Below are positions 35,816 through 48,474 of a DNA stretch of 51,548 nt, piece after piece. The stretch is taken from assembly GCF_006345805.1 (NCBI RefSeq), contig NW_021834172.1, positions 1-51,548 of the forward strand, given 5' to 3'. The notes beneath the pieces were generated by a model. The model did no database searches. It was not told where the DNA came from and saw only the letters and a list, made by a program, of their open reading frames with translations. How positions within the stretch are numbered: the first letter of the stretch is position 1; every line of letters starts with the position of its first letter. A program made the translations under genes and the position numbers. The stretch comes from Octopus sinensis (Eukaryota).

Positions 35816-37227
35816 CTAGTTGGGGTATCCCAGGAGTGTGATAGTGCTGGGGTACCGTCTTCTCACCGGCAGAAACTTGTTCCGGTCAATGAAGAGACTT
35901 TGTTCCTTTCGTTGAATTTGGTCTTGGGTTTGTAGTTTGGTCTCATTGCATCTCTTCAAAGCATTTTCAAGCTCGTTCTCTTTTTGTTTGAGTGTAGAAA
36001 TGGATTCGTTTATTAATTTCCAGTTCCGTTCGAGTCTGCCATGTGAATAAGTAAAATCGACTTGGCCTGTGGGTCATCGCCGCAAAGTTCTACTCCTGGT
36101 CTCATGTCGTGGGTGTGGAGTCTTGTTTCTGCCAAACGGAGTGGACCGTCCTTGGCTCTGATCTCGAGTTGACAATTTTTAAGGGCATTTTCAATTTTTT
36201 TGATTTCTTGATTGGTCTACAGTACTCATCTACAGAGTTACAAGTCGCAAGTTGTCCTTCAATTTTTCAAGGGCGGTCTCGACTTGGTTTATTCTGAGCC
36301 CCACGGACATTTCAACTCGATCACTCATTTCTCTCAAATCTCGGGATGTGTCAGTCAACACTGAGTTGATTTTGGCTCTCAGATCTGCCGACTGTTTGAC
36401 CGTTTCCGTGTTTCTGTTTATGTTGTTGAGAGAGAAAGTGGCCCACTCCATTGGGGTGTTTCGCCTGGGGATGACTGTTTTCATTACTTCAAGTCTGTCG
36501 AGGAAGGGTAGTTGATAGTTCCCGAAGATTCCTCAGTCAATCGGTGAGAATAGTCGTCGAGGTTCCTGGCGATTGTTTTGTTCGTGAGGTCTGACTCCAA
36601 GTCCTCTCTCCGTTGAAGGTTGTTCCTGGCAGTTATAATGACTGATTACGTAATCTGACTCTCACAATCATCTAATGTCTTCCCTATTATTTGTTTTGAC
36701 GAGTTGAGGAGACAACACTCCTTACCATTAGTCCCTAACCATACCTTTAATAGCAATTCCTCCACCTGGTCGTCGAATATTTCAGATGTGTTTTTCATTC
36801 TTTTGCAGTTGCAGTTATCCATGTTTATCTGTGTGGGCAAATCCATTGAAAGAAGAGCCAATCGCAGTCGGTCTCGTTGCCCACGCAGATCTCCGGTCTC
36901 TTTTATGTTTGTTTGAAGTGATTTCTTGAGTTCTTGTTTCCAAAAGTCAATGTCTCTCAATCGTTCTCGGAAGGACGTGTCGACTGCATTTATTGAATCC
37001 ACGATTTTGTTGTTGTAAAAGTTTTGTTTGGTTTTTGTATCGTAGCATTGTTTTTCACCCTCACAACGAGCAGTCAACGAATTGTTGAAATTGTTGTTAT
37101 TTTCGCACTGCCACTCTTTTATGGAATATGAAGGCCTTCCACAATTTTTTGTGCAGTCGATCAGTCCACATCCAATTTCCTCATTGCTCGACAACCCGTA
37201 CGTGGACTCATATATTGCACTCATCAC
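35816..37227 (-). CDS. TEKT4: Tektin (tektin-4-like), multi-exon
   Basis: ERLRDIDFWKQEL; tektin signature RPGVELCGD; C-terminus SLFIDRNK...RYPSTITLLGY resembles TEKT4. Confidence 0.88.
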
Positions 37228-37739
37228 TATTGCTTAGATACTATATGTTCTCGATTCAACTTATTTAACCAAGCTTATTATTTTATTCTGTCATTTTAAA
37301 TCGAATTCTAAGTTTCCTAGATTTTTCTTTTGAGAGATTAGCTCAAACAATGTGCAGATACAATATATTGAATTGCCTTAAAGGAAAAAAATTATGCTCA
37401 TTGAGAAAAAAATACGTTGATAGGAGATGCTTGTAGTCTCTCCAACTACAAAATATAGACTTCTAGGTAGCACACGACAGGCTATCGAACAACCTGGAAT
37501 AGATCCCAGCTACTTGGCTTGTGGGCTTGGCATTAATGGTACTGAAGAGTAATTATTTGCCAATACACATTGTCAACAGCAAGAAAATAGCCCTAAATAG
37601 CCCTGGAGTATTTCGCTGACCAAAAATTTTTTTATAAAAATCGTGATTATATTCCGATAATAAGAGTTATTAATTTAAAAATTATATTTTTTCAAAAATT
37701 TATTTAATTTAAATAATTTCAACACAGGAATAAATTCTT

Positions 37740-38818
37740 GATTGGTTGCAAAAGAAAATTGACGAATAGTAAAGATTTTGACGATGGTTCAAATATTCAA
37801 AATGATTGGAATATAATCAATACCATTCCAAAGACAAGAAAATACTGTCCATCTTACTTATTGTTAGGATTCACACGCATCATTGTTGATTCCTTGGAAA
37901 AACCCCTCTGTTTGCTTTGCCTCAAAACACTTGCAGCAAATAGTATGAGGCCATTAAATTAAGAAGACATTTTGAAACGATACATTCTGAATATGTCCAA
38001 GTCCGAAGAATTTTTTAAAGAAAATTAGAAGAGCTTTTTGCAAAGCTGTGTGAAGATATGGATTTAAAATATACATCGCTTTTATACTATTGTGAGGTGC
38101 GCTGGCTATCTCGTGCAAAAGTGATTCGAAGGATGTTTGAACTCAAAGATCAGGTTGCAGATTTTCTTTATGAAAATGATATCGAAGATGCAAAATTGTT
38201 CAGACTTTATTGTCAAATTTTCCTATTTAGTTGACATTTTGGGAAATTGAGTATATTGAATAAATCAATGCAGGGACCACAACTACATTTATTCGCTCAA
38301 AAGAACAAAATAAAAGCATTTATGAAAAAATTAGTATTATGGAAATCAAATATACAAAAAATATTTATGACATGTTTCCACTTTTAATTACCTTCTGCGC
38401 CATAGTGAAAATTGAAGCAAACAAAGACATATTTGAAGCATTTTGTTCATTATTTTAAAGATCTCGACTGTAAAACGTTCGAATGGATACAGAATCATTT
38501 ATTGATGAAGAAATTTACAACTTTTGAAAAAGAAAAATTGATAGAATTGTCATGTGATACATTATTGAAACAAAAATTTGAGAGAGAACCGCTAATTTAT
38601 TTTTGGTTGAATTTAAGTACGGAATATGAATTTTGTTGAATAAAGCAATAAAAGTTTTGTTGCCATTTGCTACCTCATATTTATGCGAAACTGGATTTTC
38701 TGCACTAGCTGCAATGAAATCTAAATATCGAACTCGTTTAGTGGTGACTAATGAGCTAAGAGTAGCACTCTTTTCAATGACACCAAGATTTCAAAAACTT
38801 TGCGCCAAGATGGAATAA
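37740..38818 (+). mobile_element. Degenerate, internally deleted hAT (Buster/ZBED-like) transposase
   Basis: YLLLGF...KPLCLLC...NSMRP (BED-like), CEVRWLSR, FATSYLCETGFSAL...KSKYRTRL dimerisation domain; many stops and frameshifts. TIRs not found. Confidence 0.85.
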
Positions 38819-38899
38819 AATTATCTCACTAACTTTTTGTTTTAAAAAATTTGTTTTGATAAATTAATAATTGTTACATTCTTTAAATTGTTCATTCCG

Positions 38900-39470
38900 A
38901 AGTTTTTCATTAAAAACATTTTTGTTGGGTGCATTTCTTTTGGAATGTTCATTATTAGAGATTGACTTCCGTTCCGACTGGACATTTTCCAATTTATGCA
39001 TACTCCCGCATAAGAAGCAGCGCAAAGACTCCTTGCAGAAAGATGCAGTGTGACAGAAATTTGGACATCAAAAACATCGCATTTGTGATTATTGAACCAT
39101 TTAAATTTCATTTCAATGAAACCAATTTTTATTTCCAAAAGTTATTAGAGTTTGTGCTTCAACTTTGTCGGTGATAAATAATTTTTTAATCCCAAGAACT
39201 TTGTTTGGTTTAAATTGTTTTGAAAATATCGAAAGTCCTCCTCCCTGTTGAATAATGGCTCCGTTGACCAATTTTGTCGCCTTGAGATCCGTGTTTTGCA
39301 AGCAGTGTGTGAGCTACTGAGTACATTTGCAACTTCCTAGCCCTAGCTGTGGATTAAATCTTATTAAAAATAAACAAGTGTCCCAAGACTAATTTGACTC
39401 ACTGTATGATCCCGACCTTAACACTAATCCTTTCCTGGACGCAAACTCCAACTGATTATGTTTTTTTGTA
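38900..39470 (-). mobile_element. Degenerate LINE ORF1 fragment in inverted orientation relative to the adjacent ORF2
   Basis: KKLFITDKVEAQTLITFG/IKIGFIEMKFKWF...RCF*CPNFCHTASFCKESLRCFLCGSMH aligns by eye with ORF1 at 16182-17351 (GKLSLNSRAEATSLVRMGIEVGFQKIRCEWF...RCFRCQQFGHIANFCKEVERCLFCGGDH). Confidence 0.7.
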
Positions 39471-39476
39471 TTCACG

Positions 39477-41075
39477 TTGTTATCAAAATCAGATTTGATA
39501 AAAACAGTACCGGATATATTACGTAAACAATTGTCCAGAATTCAAGAGACTGATCCAGTCACCTTTATTCCACAAGAAGTGCAAAATGCAAGAAGTAATT
39601 ATAAAGAAACGTCGAAACTGAATAGTCCCTTGTGTCAACCTATAACACAAGAAGAAATAAATACTGCGATAAAAGGTTGCAAAAATAAAGCACCAGGATG
39701 GGATTTTATCCCAATGAATATCTTCAAGAATGCGGACCAGATTTTAGTTGGATTACTAAATATATTATACAATTCTTCGTGGAGTTTTGGACATGTTCCG
39801 TCGACCTGGAAACGAACAATTGTACGTATGGTCGTGAAAAAAGGAAAGCCTAAGTCAAAAGCAGATAGCTATAGGCCAATTAGCTTAATCTGCTCAATGT
39901 CGAAAATTATGGAGAAAATTGTTTTCAATCGTCTCTCAAGGCTTGTTGAGGATAATAATTTTCTCTCTGACAATCAATTGGGTTTTCGACATAAAAAAAG
40001 GACTGGAGATTGTCTCAGAGAGCTAAGATCTGCAATTGATAGTTCGAGGAGAAAAAAGGAATTTCTTACAATAGCGTGCTTGGATATAACGAAGGCCTTT
40101 GACAGTGTTTGGCACTACGGACTTCTTGATACGTTATCAAAAGCAGGAATTGGGAGAACCGCATTATTATGGATAGAAAACTTTCTTTCAAGAAGGAGGC
40201 CGTATATACGTGTTGGAAATTTAATTTCTAAGAAAATTGAATTACGAAGAGGGGTTCCGCAGGGATCAATTCTCAGCCCGCTACTCTTCAATTGTGTAAT
40301 GAGTGAGTTACCAAAAACCGAGAGCATAAATAGTCGTATGATTATTTATGCTGATGACATTCTTGTGCTTGATTCAACCATAAGTAAACAAATTTCATGG
40401 AAAAGAGTAGAAACCCATATAAAAAATATTGGGAGGTGGTGCCAAAACAATGGGTTGACTCTGTCAAGAGAAAAATCAACAGTCACATGGATTGCAAGTA
40501 AAAGAAAAAATATCGATGAATATGTAAATACAGGAGATATAAAAAACTCTGGAAAATTGGAGTATCTCGGAGTATCGATAGACCGAAGAGAATCTTTTAA
40601 GGATCATATCAAAACACGAAGAGAGAAAGCTACAGGAATGTTGAAATCCTTAACTCGATTTCATTTGGAGCCTGAAACTTTCCTTTTTGTGTATTCTACA
40701 TGTATTGAGCCATTCTTGATATATGGCCATCAAGGATGGTATAGGTCCGAAGAAGATAGCATTTTTGTGAAAAAGTTGGAAAAGACCAGAAGATTTGCTA
40801 TTAAATTGGCATTTGGATTGGACTTAAAATCAAAAATCGAAGATGCTTATGACGTTAAAGTCAGAAGGATAGAAGATCTGTTACGTCACTTATGGAAATT
40901 ATGATGTAATTTTTTCTTTTGGGTATATGCGAAGAAGAGACATGTGGTGTCTCATAAAATGACCCTATACAATGAAATCAAACCCACATTAATTAGCCTC
41001 TTGTTCTGCTCTGGGCTTTCTCCCTAACATTAATTTATGGGTTTGTTGGGAAATAAAACTTGTCTTGTCTTGTCT
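39477..41075 (+). mobile_element. LINE 3' part (RT-only ORF of 475 aa plus 3' UTR), same family as 13403-17375
   Basis: SYRPISL, LDITKAFD, GVPQGSILSP, IYADD; shared C-terminal LEPETFLFVY...GWY; ends AATAAAACTTGTCTTGTCTTGTCT. Confidence 0.88.
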
Positions 41076-42140
41076 AACAGTATCGCCGATTTTTATTGGA
41101 AATTTTTATTGGCGTTTTCTTTTACTTTTTTTCGGTAATTTTTTAAATGCTCCGACGTTTGATAATCTGATTCAATTTAAATTTCATCCTCCGATGAATA
41201 CTCCGTTCTTTCGAATGATGATTCGATTTCTTTATTATCAAACAAAGAAACAGTACTGAATCCCGAAGTTCCAAAAAATAATCTAAAAATAAAATTTACG
41301 AAGCAACCTAAAAGGTGACTTTCCGGTAGCACGATGAATAGTCGTGTTGTACTTATAGACAGTATTCTTCAAAATATCAATCCAATTATTGGATTCGGAT
41401 TGAAATATTGTTTTTGCTAACCAACGCTTTAGCGTTTGATTATATCGTTCTACCTGCCCTTGTGATTGAGGGTGTCTTGGTCTTTCATGAATCGTCTTTA
41501 TCCCCCAATCAAGTAATAAATGAAACTTCAGAGTTACAAAACTCTTTTCCCTTATCCGTGTGTAAGGTTTCAGGTGGCCCAACTGAGTAAAACAAGTCTT
41601 CAAAAGAATTTCTTATATTTTGAGAAGTTTTACTCATTAAGGGAAATGACCATGCAAATTTTGAATAACAATCAATTATATTAAGAATCCATTTATATTC
41701 TCTATTATTAGAAGAATATCTCCGAAGATCTATACAATCCGCCACAAATCTTTCGAATTTATGTGAAACGGAAATCATTTGAATATCTTCGCATGTCTTT
41801 AGACTGTTGAAATGGTTGCGAGAATCACAAGTTGATATAAAATGGCAAATAACTTTTCGATTTATACCAATATATTTTTGGGAAATTAAATGGCACATCT
41901 TGGAAACTCCAGGATGTCCGATAGAATGTTCTTTAGTTAAAATTGAATTGATTTTGGATTCTTGAAAGGAACAGACAACAGTACGAAAGTTTCCATTAAG
42001 TGCAAGAATTAATTCTCCATTTATAAGTTTTAAATTCTGACACTTTCGGCGTAACGTACGCTTTTGATTTTCATTGAAATCATTAGGATACTCATTATAT
42101 TCGACATAGTTCATTATGTTCTTTAGTTCATAGGGTGTTT
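41076..42140 (-). mobile_element. Degenerate Ginger/GIN-type (gypsy-like) DDE integrase, KRBA2/SCAND3-like
   Basis: HHCC zone EHSIGHPG...CD; ADCID, IDCYSKFAW, LHTDKGKEF, HPQSQGQVER, YNTTIHRATGKSPF; KIGDTV at the extreme 3' junction. Confidence 0.82.
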
Positions 42141-43880
42141 TAATGCTGAACGAGCGAGTTAGCTCCCCTTTGGTGAGTGTTCCACACTGCATAATCTTTG
42201 TTGAGAATCAATGCTTTAGTTATTACGTCTTCGGAACCATGTTTATATTCTACGAACTTTCCTTCCAACGTCTTCTTTAATGCAATCGTTTGGATGTACG
42301 CCAGAACACTGTCTTTAATGCCAATCAAATCCATGTATATTTTAAAATACTTGGAGGTGATCGCATCCCAGGTAATGACAATTGGAAGTATTTTGAGTTT
42401 GGCTTTGTAAATGATTTCTAATTCACTTGCCAGGATATCATATTTATGAAGTTTTTCAACTTCAACTGCTTTTAAATTATCCACACATGTCACTCCAATC
42501 CCTATTAGCCACATCTGGTTTAATTTTTTGTCGTATAGAAAAATGTCCTGCTTGTTATATTGAATTTTTGATTCGGTAGGGATAGTAGTGTCAACTCGTA
42601 ATTCAGCACGATCATTGGTAATTACGCTTTGGATAGAGTGTAAGTCTTTAACCTTATTGATTTTTGAATCCAAATTTTCTGCATATGTGCATGTGTATGC
42701 ATTTAACAATTTCGTTATGTCGCCTTGTATAATCGGAATTAAGCATTCTATTGCATCGAGTTTCCAAATGGTTGACTGTCTTATTAGAAGATTTCCATGT
42801 GGGCATTTCGAACCAAGCTCGCGGAAGAAAATATTCCTGTCATGCAAAAAGAAGAACATGGCTTCAGATTTAGGGGAAATATTTCCTTTTACAATCCATT
42901 TTGAGGATGTCTGTATATCGAAAGTCTCATTATCAAGTGATTCAAATAATTTTGAATGAAGAGTTTTCTGTTTAGTGTCTGTTCAATGTGCTGGGTTTAT
43001 TCATATTTTATTTGCAAGAATTCTTTGATTGTGGCCATATGTGACTTTCTTTGTTGTTCAGCCCACAGAATTCCTGCACTCCTTAGAGAAGTAAATTTTC
43101 GTCTTTCCAGACTTGTTTTGAAATCAAGCAACATTTTCTTAGCTTTGAAAGTGATTGATATCAATCCCCTTCCAAACATATTCCTCGGTAAGTAAAGTCT
43201 TTCTTTGCAAGCTGGTTTCATATGCACATTCAAATTCATAAGTATCTTGCTGACTAATTTATCAATTTCTTCAAATCTAAGTCAATGAAGCCAATATAGT
43301 AATTGCACAGTGATAGAGCATGTTCATTAATTGCTTTAAATAAATTGACTGAGTTTAATTTAGTTTCTGATAACTTTTCAATATGGTTTTGCATTTCTTC
43401 TTTAATATTTTTAAGTACGTCTTCTTTGAGTACTTTACTACATCTGTTTTCTAAAACTCATAAATATCTGTAGCTGTCCAGACCATCCATCAATTTACCA
43501 TCATTTCTTAATAGATAACTATTTGTTGCTGATTTATCGAAATTCTTCTCCAATCCAGATGATTCAAAGTAATATTTCACATCTTCCATCATCCACGCCA
43601 ATGTCTCCTCTTCTTTGGACAATAGCTTCAAGTCGTCAATGAATAGGAAGTGATTTGTAGAAAAGGTTAAGGAATTAATGCCACCAGAATTTATCGATCA
43701 AAGAGACTTTCCAGTTTTGAATAATTGACATAATAAAACTAGTTATCCAATTAGGAGTTCAGAGTTTTCGAGGATTTCAACTGAGTCAAATGCTTTCTTG
43801 ACGTCAATCAATGCATAAAATATTTATTATCGTGCGCACTGTTGACACATCTGTTTAAAAGTGCAAGTTGAATTAAATAA
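42140..43880 (-). mobile_element. Degenerate R4/Dong-type non-LTR retrotransposon (RT plus restriction-like endonuclease)
   Basis: IDVKKAFDSV, FIDDLKL, KERLYLPR...GRGL, HLETRC...YTRRHN, NKQDIFLYD...EKLHKYDILASEL. The QG motif region is deleted. Confidence 0.8.
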
Positions 43881-44344
43881 ATAAAAAACAATCAAATTTA
43901 AAATATGAACGAATAAATGATAGCATGGTCTCTTACATTAAAAAATGGAACCCAAATGGACAATTTTGACGGCCAATTTATTATCAGAAAAGTCAAAAAA
44001 AAGGAAATAAGATAAAATTAAGAAGATTATTATGAAAAGCAGTCAAAGAACAAGAAGGATTCAGATTCGGATTAAAAAAACAGCCAAAAATATTCTTGAT
44101 TACTTTGTTAAAAAAACTTGAACAGATTTTTTATCCTATTATTGGCCAACTTTTAGAGATCTCCAACATTGACAAATAACAGAATATTCACTTATGATTT
44201 GTGCAATAAATATTATTATAATCAATTGTGATTGGAGATTATTTAATAATTAATATTTTTATTTAAATATAATTTCCTCAAAGGCGAACGTGAAATTAAA
44301 CAAACTAACTATAATTCTCAAAGGATTACTTAAAGCTGTGACAA

Positions 44345-45730
44345 ATGTTTGATCCAGACTCTCCCCGCAGGCGTAATTCTAAGCATGTAATGATTTATGG
44401 ATGAGACTTTAGTCTGAAGACTCAGAGGAAGATTCCATGGGACTGCCCTCTGCAGAGGAAGTCAGAAAACTAATTCCACAGTCAAGTTACCAGGATTATC
44501 AATCACTCCGAAATGTCCCACCGAAACTAAGAAATATGGTCATCCGAATTTTGATCGGGTCTTTGCTTATTTTGAGTTTTATCCTCGTCATCTTCTTTGG
44601 TCCGACTGCAGTGGTGTCACTCGTATGTCTGCTCCAATTAATGAGCTTCCACGAAATCATAAAAGTGGGCTATGTGGTTTATAGATCACACAATCTGCCC
44701 TTCTTCCGTGTCCTCAGTTGGTATTTTCTCTTTGCCTTCAACTACTTTCTTCACGGAGATGCCTTAGCTCTTATTGTTGGCCAAAAACTGAATATAAGCG
44801 TAGAACATTTTCTTTATTTATAGAGAGGAATATATTTTTTGATCAGACATCACCCACTGATATCCTTTGGATTGTATTTGACTGGTCTGGTCATGTTTGT
44901 TCTCTCCCTTGTTAAGAAACACTACACCAAACAATTCACTCTGGTGACTGGCTTATTAATTCTAGTTCGGGTATACACACGTCGCTCTTATGATACTGAG
45001 CTGTGCCAACTTCCAAATAAAGAACACTGCGAATGGACTTGTTTGGTTTGTCCTCCCTGTTCTCCTTATCATCGTCAATGATATCATGTCATATTTTGTG
45101 GGGTCATACATCGGGAGGACTCCTCTTATTAAATTATCACCTAAAAAGACATGGGAAGGTTTTATTGGGGGGTTTGTCTTCACTCTTATCTTTGCTGTGC
45201 TGGTATTTTTATTTTTACAGAGTAGTGTGCCCAATCCATGGCTCCTTATGACTTTTTTGTGTGTCCTTCGTCAAGTGACATACCCTGCCACCGCCCCTAT
45301 CCTTTCCAACTAGCCACTCTGCAACTTCCTGCTTTCGTATTTGTGATATGACTATGGCAGATTGGAGGGAGGACAGTCACCTACTACCCCTTCGTGTTCG
45401 ATGCAGTGTTTTTGGGACTGTTTGCGTCTCTTATTGCCCCATTCGGTGGCTTCTTTGCTAGTGGATTCAAACGGGCATTTCGTCTTAAGGACTTTGGACA
45501 AATCCTGCCTGGGCATGGAGGACTATTAGATAGGTTTGACTGTCAGTTCCTGATGGGTGCATTCGTATATGTCTACTACAGCAGTTTCATGGAGTAATCC
45601 CTTATCTTATTCCCACAGCTGTTCAGCCGACACAGTCTACAGAATGCTGCGCTATTTGACACCCGAAGAACAGTTGGATGTCTACTTTAACTTGACTAAT
45701 TCCCTAACATTAGCTGGTTATTTAAATTGA
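44345..45730 (+). CDS. CDS2: Phosphatidate cytidylyltransferase (CDP-DAG synthase), multi-exon
   Basis: [85 protein letters not shown]. Confidence 0.93.
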
Positions 45731-45801
45731 TTTGTCTGGTTATTTACATTGATTTTTTTCCGAATGAATTCTACTTGAATAAATAAGAAGATTGTTAATA
45801 G

Positions 45802-46609
45802 TTATGCAGGAATTTGATAGATAAAGTCGATCACCTTCACCAACATAATCGTAAATGTGCGTAGCCAAGGATTAGTGTTTGCTGAACTGAGAATTCGACT
45901 TCTCACAAGCTGAAGACAATATCTAAAAGAATTAATGAAATATCCAACCTGGAGTAACTATTCCTACGGGAAGCAATCCTCATAAGGATATACTGGCGAG
46001 ACAATATGGCCGCAATTAGGGATGCCTGTCCTCTGCAGTAGAACAAGAGGACTAACCTGAGGATGAGAACTATACAAATGGGGAAAAGACACAACTCAAC
46101 ATACGCACTGGCAGTCAGGAGAGTAGGAGTGAGTCCCGACAGATATTTGAAAGTGGGAGAACTGCCTCCGAACGAACTGAGGACTCTGTTGAAAAAGGAA
46201 AGGACGGAAACGAATGAGTAGACAGTAACAGGGACGAGTATAACTACACTTAATTCGACTAATAAAACAGGCAGTGGGGACGACATTCAACATGATCAGA
46301 GAATAGAAAACAAAGTGGAAACTGTCCTCTCCAGACAAGGCACTGAAATAGTCACATATCCCTTTGAAGGTCTTTTCCTTGATCGGAGGACTGCGTTGAT
46401 AGAGTCTTCCCAGGCTGGTTAAGCCAAAGGAGTAGAGCAAATATCGGTAGGCCAAAAAAGACGAACTAAAGTAAAGGAAAAAGCTCACGAGAAGACAAAT
46501 GTAACCACCAAAGAAAGAGTGCTGAGTCTAAACATGCACAATACTGCATCGTATTTGTTATTGAGTATAAATGACTAGGGAATATCACACAATCACTAAC
46601 TATGACCAT
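45802..46609 (-). CDS. TMEM33: TMEM33/Pom33 ER membrane protein, multi-exon
   Basis: FILNNKYDA, RLYQR, EDSFHFVFYSLI, GQASLI...RQYILMRIASRRNSYSR. Confidence 0.85.
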
Positions 46610-46710
46610 TATAAATCGCGTGTATGATATTAATTATTTAATATTATACAAATTTATAATTTACTATTAATTTAAGTCAATCATTATGGGAAACCAAACA
46701 TATCAAATAT

Positions 46711-47658
46711 TCAAACACGCAAGAACTCTCGTACGTGACCTACAAACCCGGCCAGGTCTTCCCTATATGGACAATGACCACAATTCTCCATATATATCAA
46801 CGTATAGTTCGGAAAGTGGGTAGCCAGTCTCATCACATTGTCCCGACTGGGCATATGAGGACTCAATACCTCATCATGTCTGACCTCATCCCTCCAATAA
46901 AGAACACTCTCCCTTCAAACCTTCCCTCAATTTCCAATCCCGACGGACGAGCTGACTCATAGAACTGTTTAAGTGAGTTGACATTAAAATTGAGTGTATA
47001 AACATTCATAGATGACACTACATTCAGTCGAAGGAACTTTTCCAGCTTCCTCGCCTCAAATAAATAACTTTTCTACCTCAAATGGGAGACCAGGACTCTC
47101 CAAAACTTCAGAAATGACATCATCAATTGGAATTTTATCAGAATAGTTGGCCAAACGTGATTCCAGTAGTACAAGCGAGTGCAAAAGTGGCTCGATTTTG
47201 TTGTTGGATGTATAATATGGAGTGATATCGACAATTATCAATTCAGCGAGGTTATTTGACTAGAATATAAAGAGAAAGGCCAACATATGTCAGTGCGTAG
47301 AGAGAAGCCACCAGTCCGCCCATACTGTGTCCCAATATGCTTATTCTAGAATGGCCCAACTTGGTTCTGAGACAGTCAAGGTCGGCAATCATCAGGTCGC
47401 AGTTAATCTCGTCGGTGTACTCACTTTCTCCGTGATTCCGTGCATCAACTAATACAACCTGAGAGGATTTTTGACGTCGTAACCTGAACACCGAGGTTAC
47501 ATAGTCCTTCGGCTACAAGGGACCAGTCCTTTTTAGTGCAGAGTAATCCGTGGAGAATATAAAGTGGGTATTTGTATAATTGTTGGTGCGGAGACTTCAC
47601 CACGTAACATAGTTCGACTTTTAATTTATTTAAAAGCCTTACCAGGAGTAGATGGCAT
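46711..47658 (-). CDS. ABHD11: ABHD11-like alpha/beta hydrolase, multi-exon
   Basis: ILHGLL...W, VDARNHGES, ILGHSMGG, catalytic His region CGHCPY. Confidence 0.82.
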
Positions 47659-47999
47659 TTTAAGATTAGGGTTTTATTATTTTGAATATTTAGATTAAAT
47701 AGTAAGCATATAAACAATATAAATTTAACATGGATAGAATGCTCTGAAGATAGAAAGCCAGAAGAGGCTAGACCGAGCCACTTTGTTGGCGAAATGTGTT
47801 TGAAAAAAGACAGTCCCCCGAATAAAGATTTCTTGTCCTGAGAATTTGAATTTCTTTTTTCCTCTTATTTCAAGTTTTCACACTATCCCATTTCCCATAC
47901 TAAATGGAATTAATACCAAACTAAGTGGGATTAATAACAAAGGAAGTGGGATCAATAAAGGATTACGTTTATTATAAATAGTATATTTCGATCCAACGA

Positions 48000-48260
48000 A
48001 TAAAAATGCTACGTAAATTGTTGGAAAAAGAAAATCAAATGCATAGAAATAAAATACATTTAAATTCAGCCGCCGAAAAAAAATGGACAAAAACAACAAT
48101 TAAACTCAATATCTCGAGAACAGCAGCTTATCGTGTAAACCTGACACGAGAGGTGGTAATTATAGAAAAAAGCTTAAAAACGAACATGTCGATAACACAA
48201 TTACCCTTAATGGAATAAAACAAAAATTTGAAACAAAATTTGAAATGTGATTTAGGATAA
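48000..48260 (+). mobile_element. Possible IS630/Tc1-like transposase HTH remnant
   Basis: KLNISRTAAYRV...RGGNYRKKLKNEH...ITLNGIKQK resembles the N-terminal HTH of IS630-Tc1 transposases; frameshifted, no DDE part. Confidence 0.35.
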
Positions 48261-48474
48261 CTCAGAAAGAATAAAGCAACTAAAGATATTTTATCAGAAA
48301 TATAAAATGACATTAAGTTAGTGAGATGGGCTGTACTTTATCTGATCGGAGGTTTATAAAAGACGGACTTACTTAATTAAAGACAGTACTTAATAGTACT
48401 TAATTAAATGAGAAGGCATCGAATCCACTTTCGACGTATTTCGATCAAAATAAAAGTAAAACCGATTAAAAAAT

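Noticed and set aside
37420-37620. GC-richer island upstream of tektin as a possible RT remnant
   Set aside because: No frame gives a convincing motif.
37740-38818. Domesticated ZBED/SCAND3-like host gene
   Set aside because: Internally deleted with many stops and frameshifts, and embedded in a TE cluster.
39113-39301. GGGLSIF looked like an APE endonuclease motif
   Set aside because: The flanking sequence aligns instead with LINE ORF1 upstream of the zinc knuckles.
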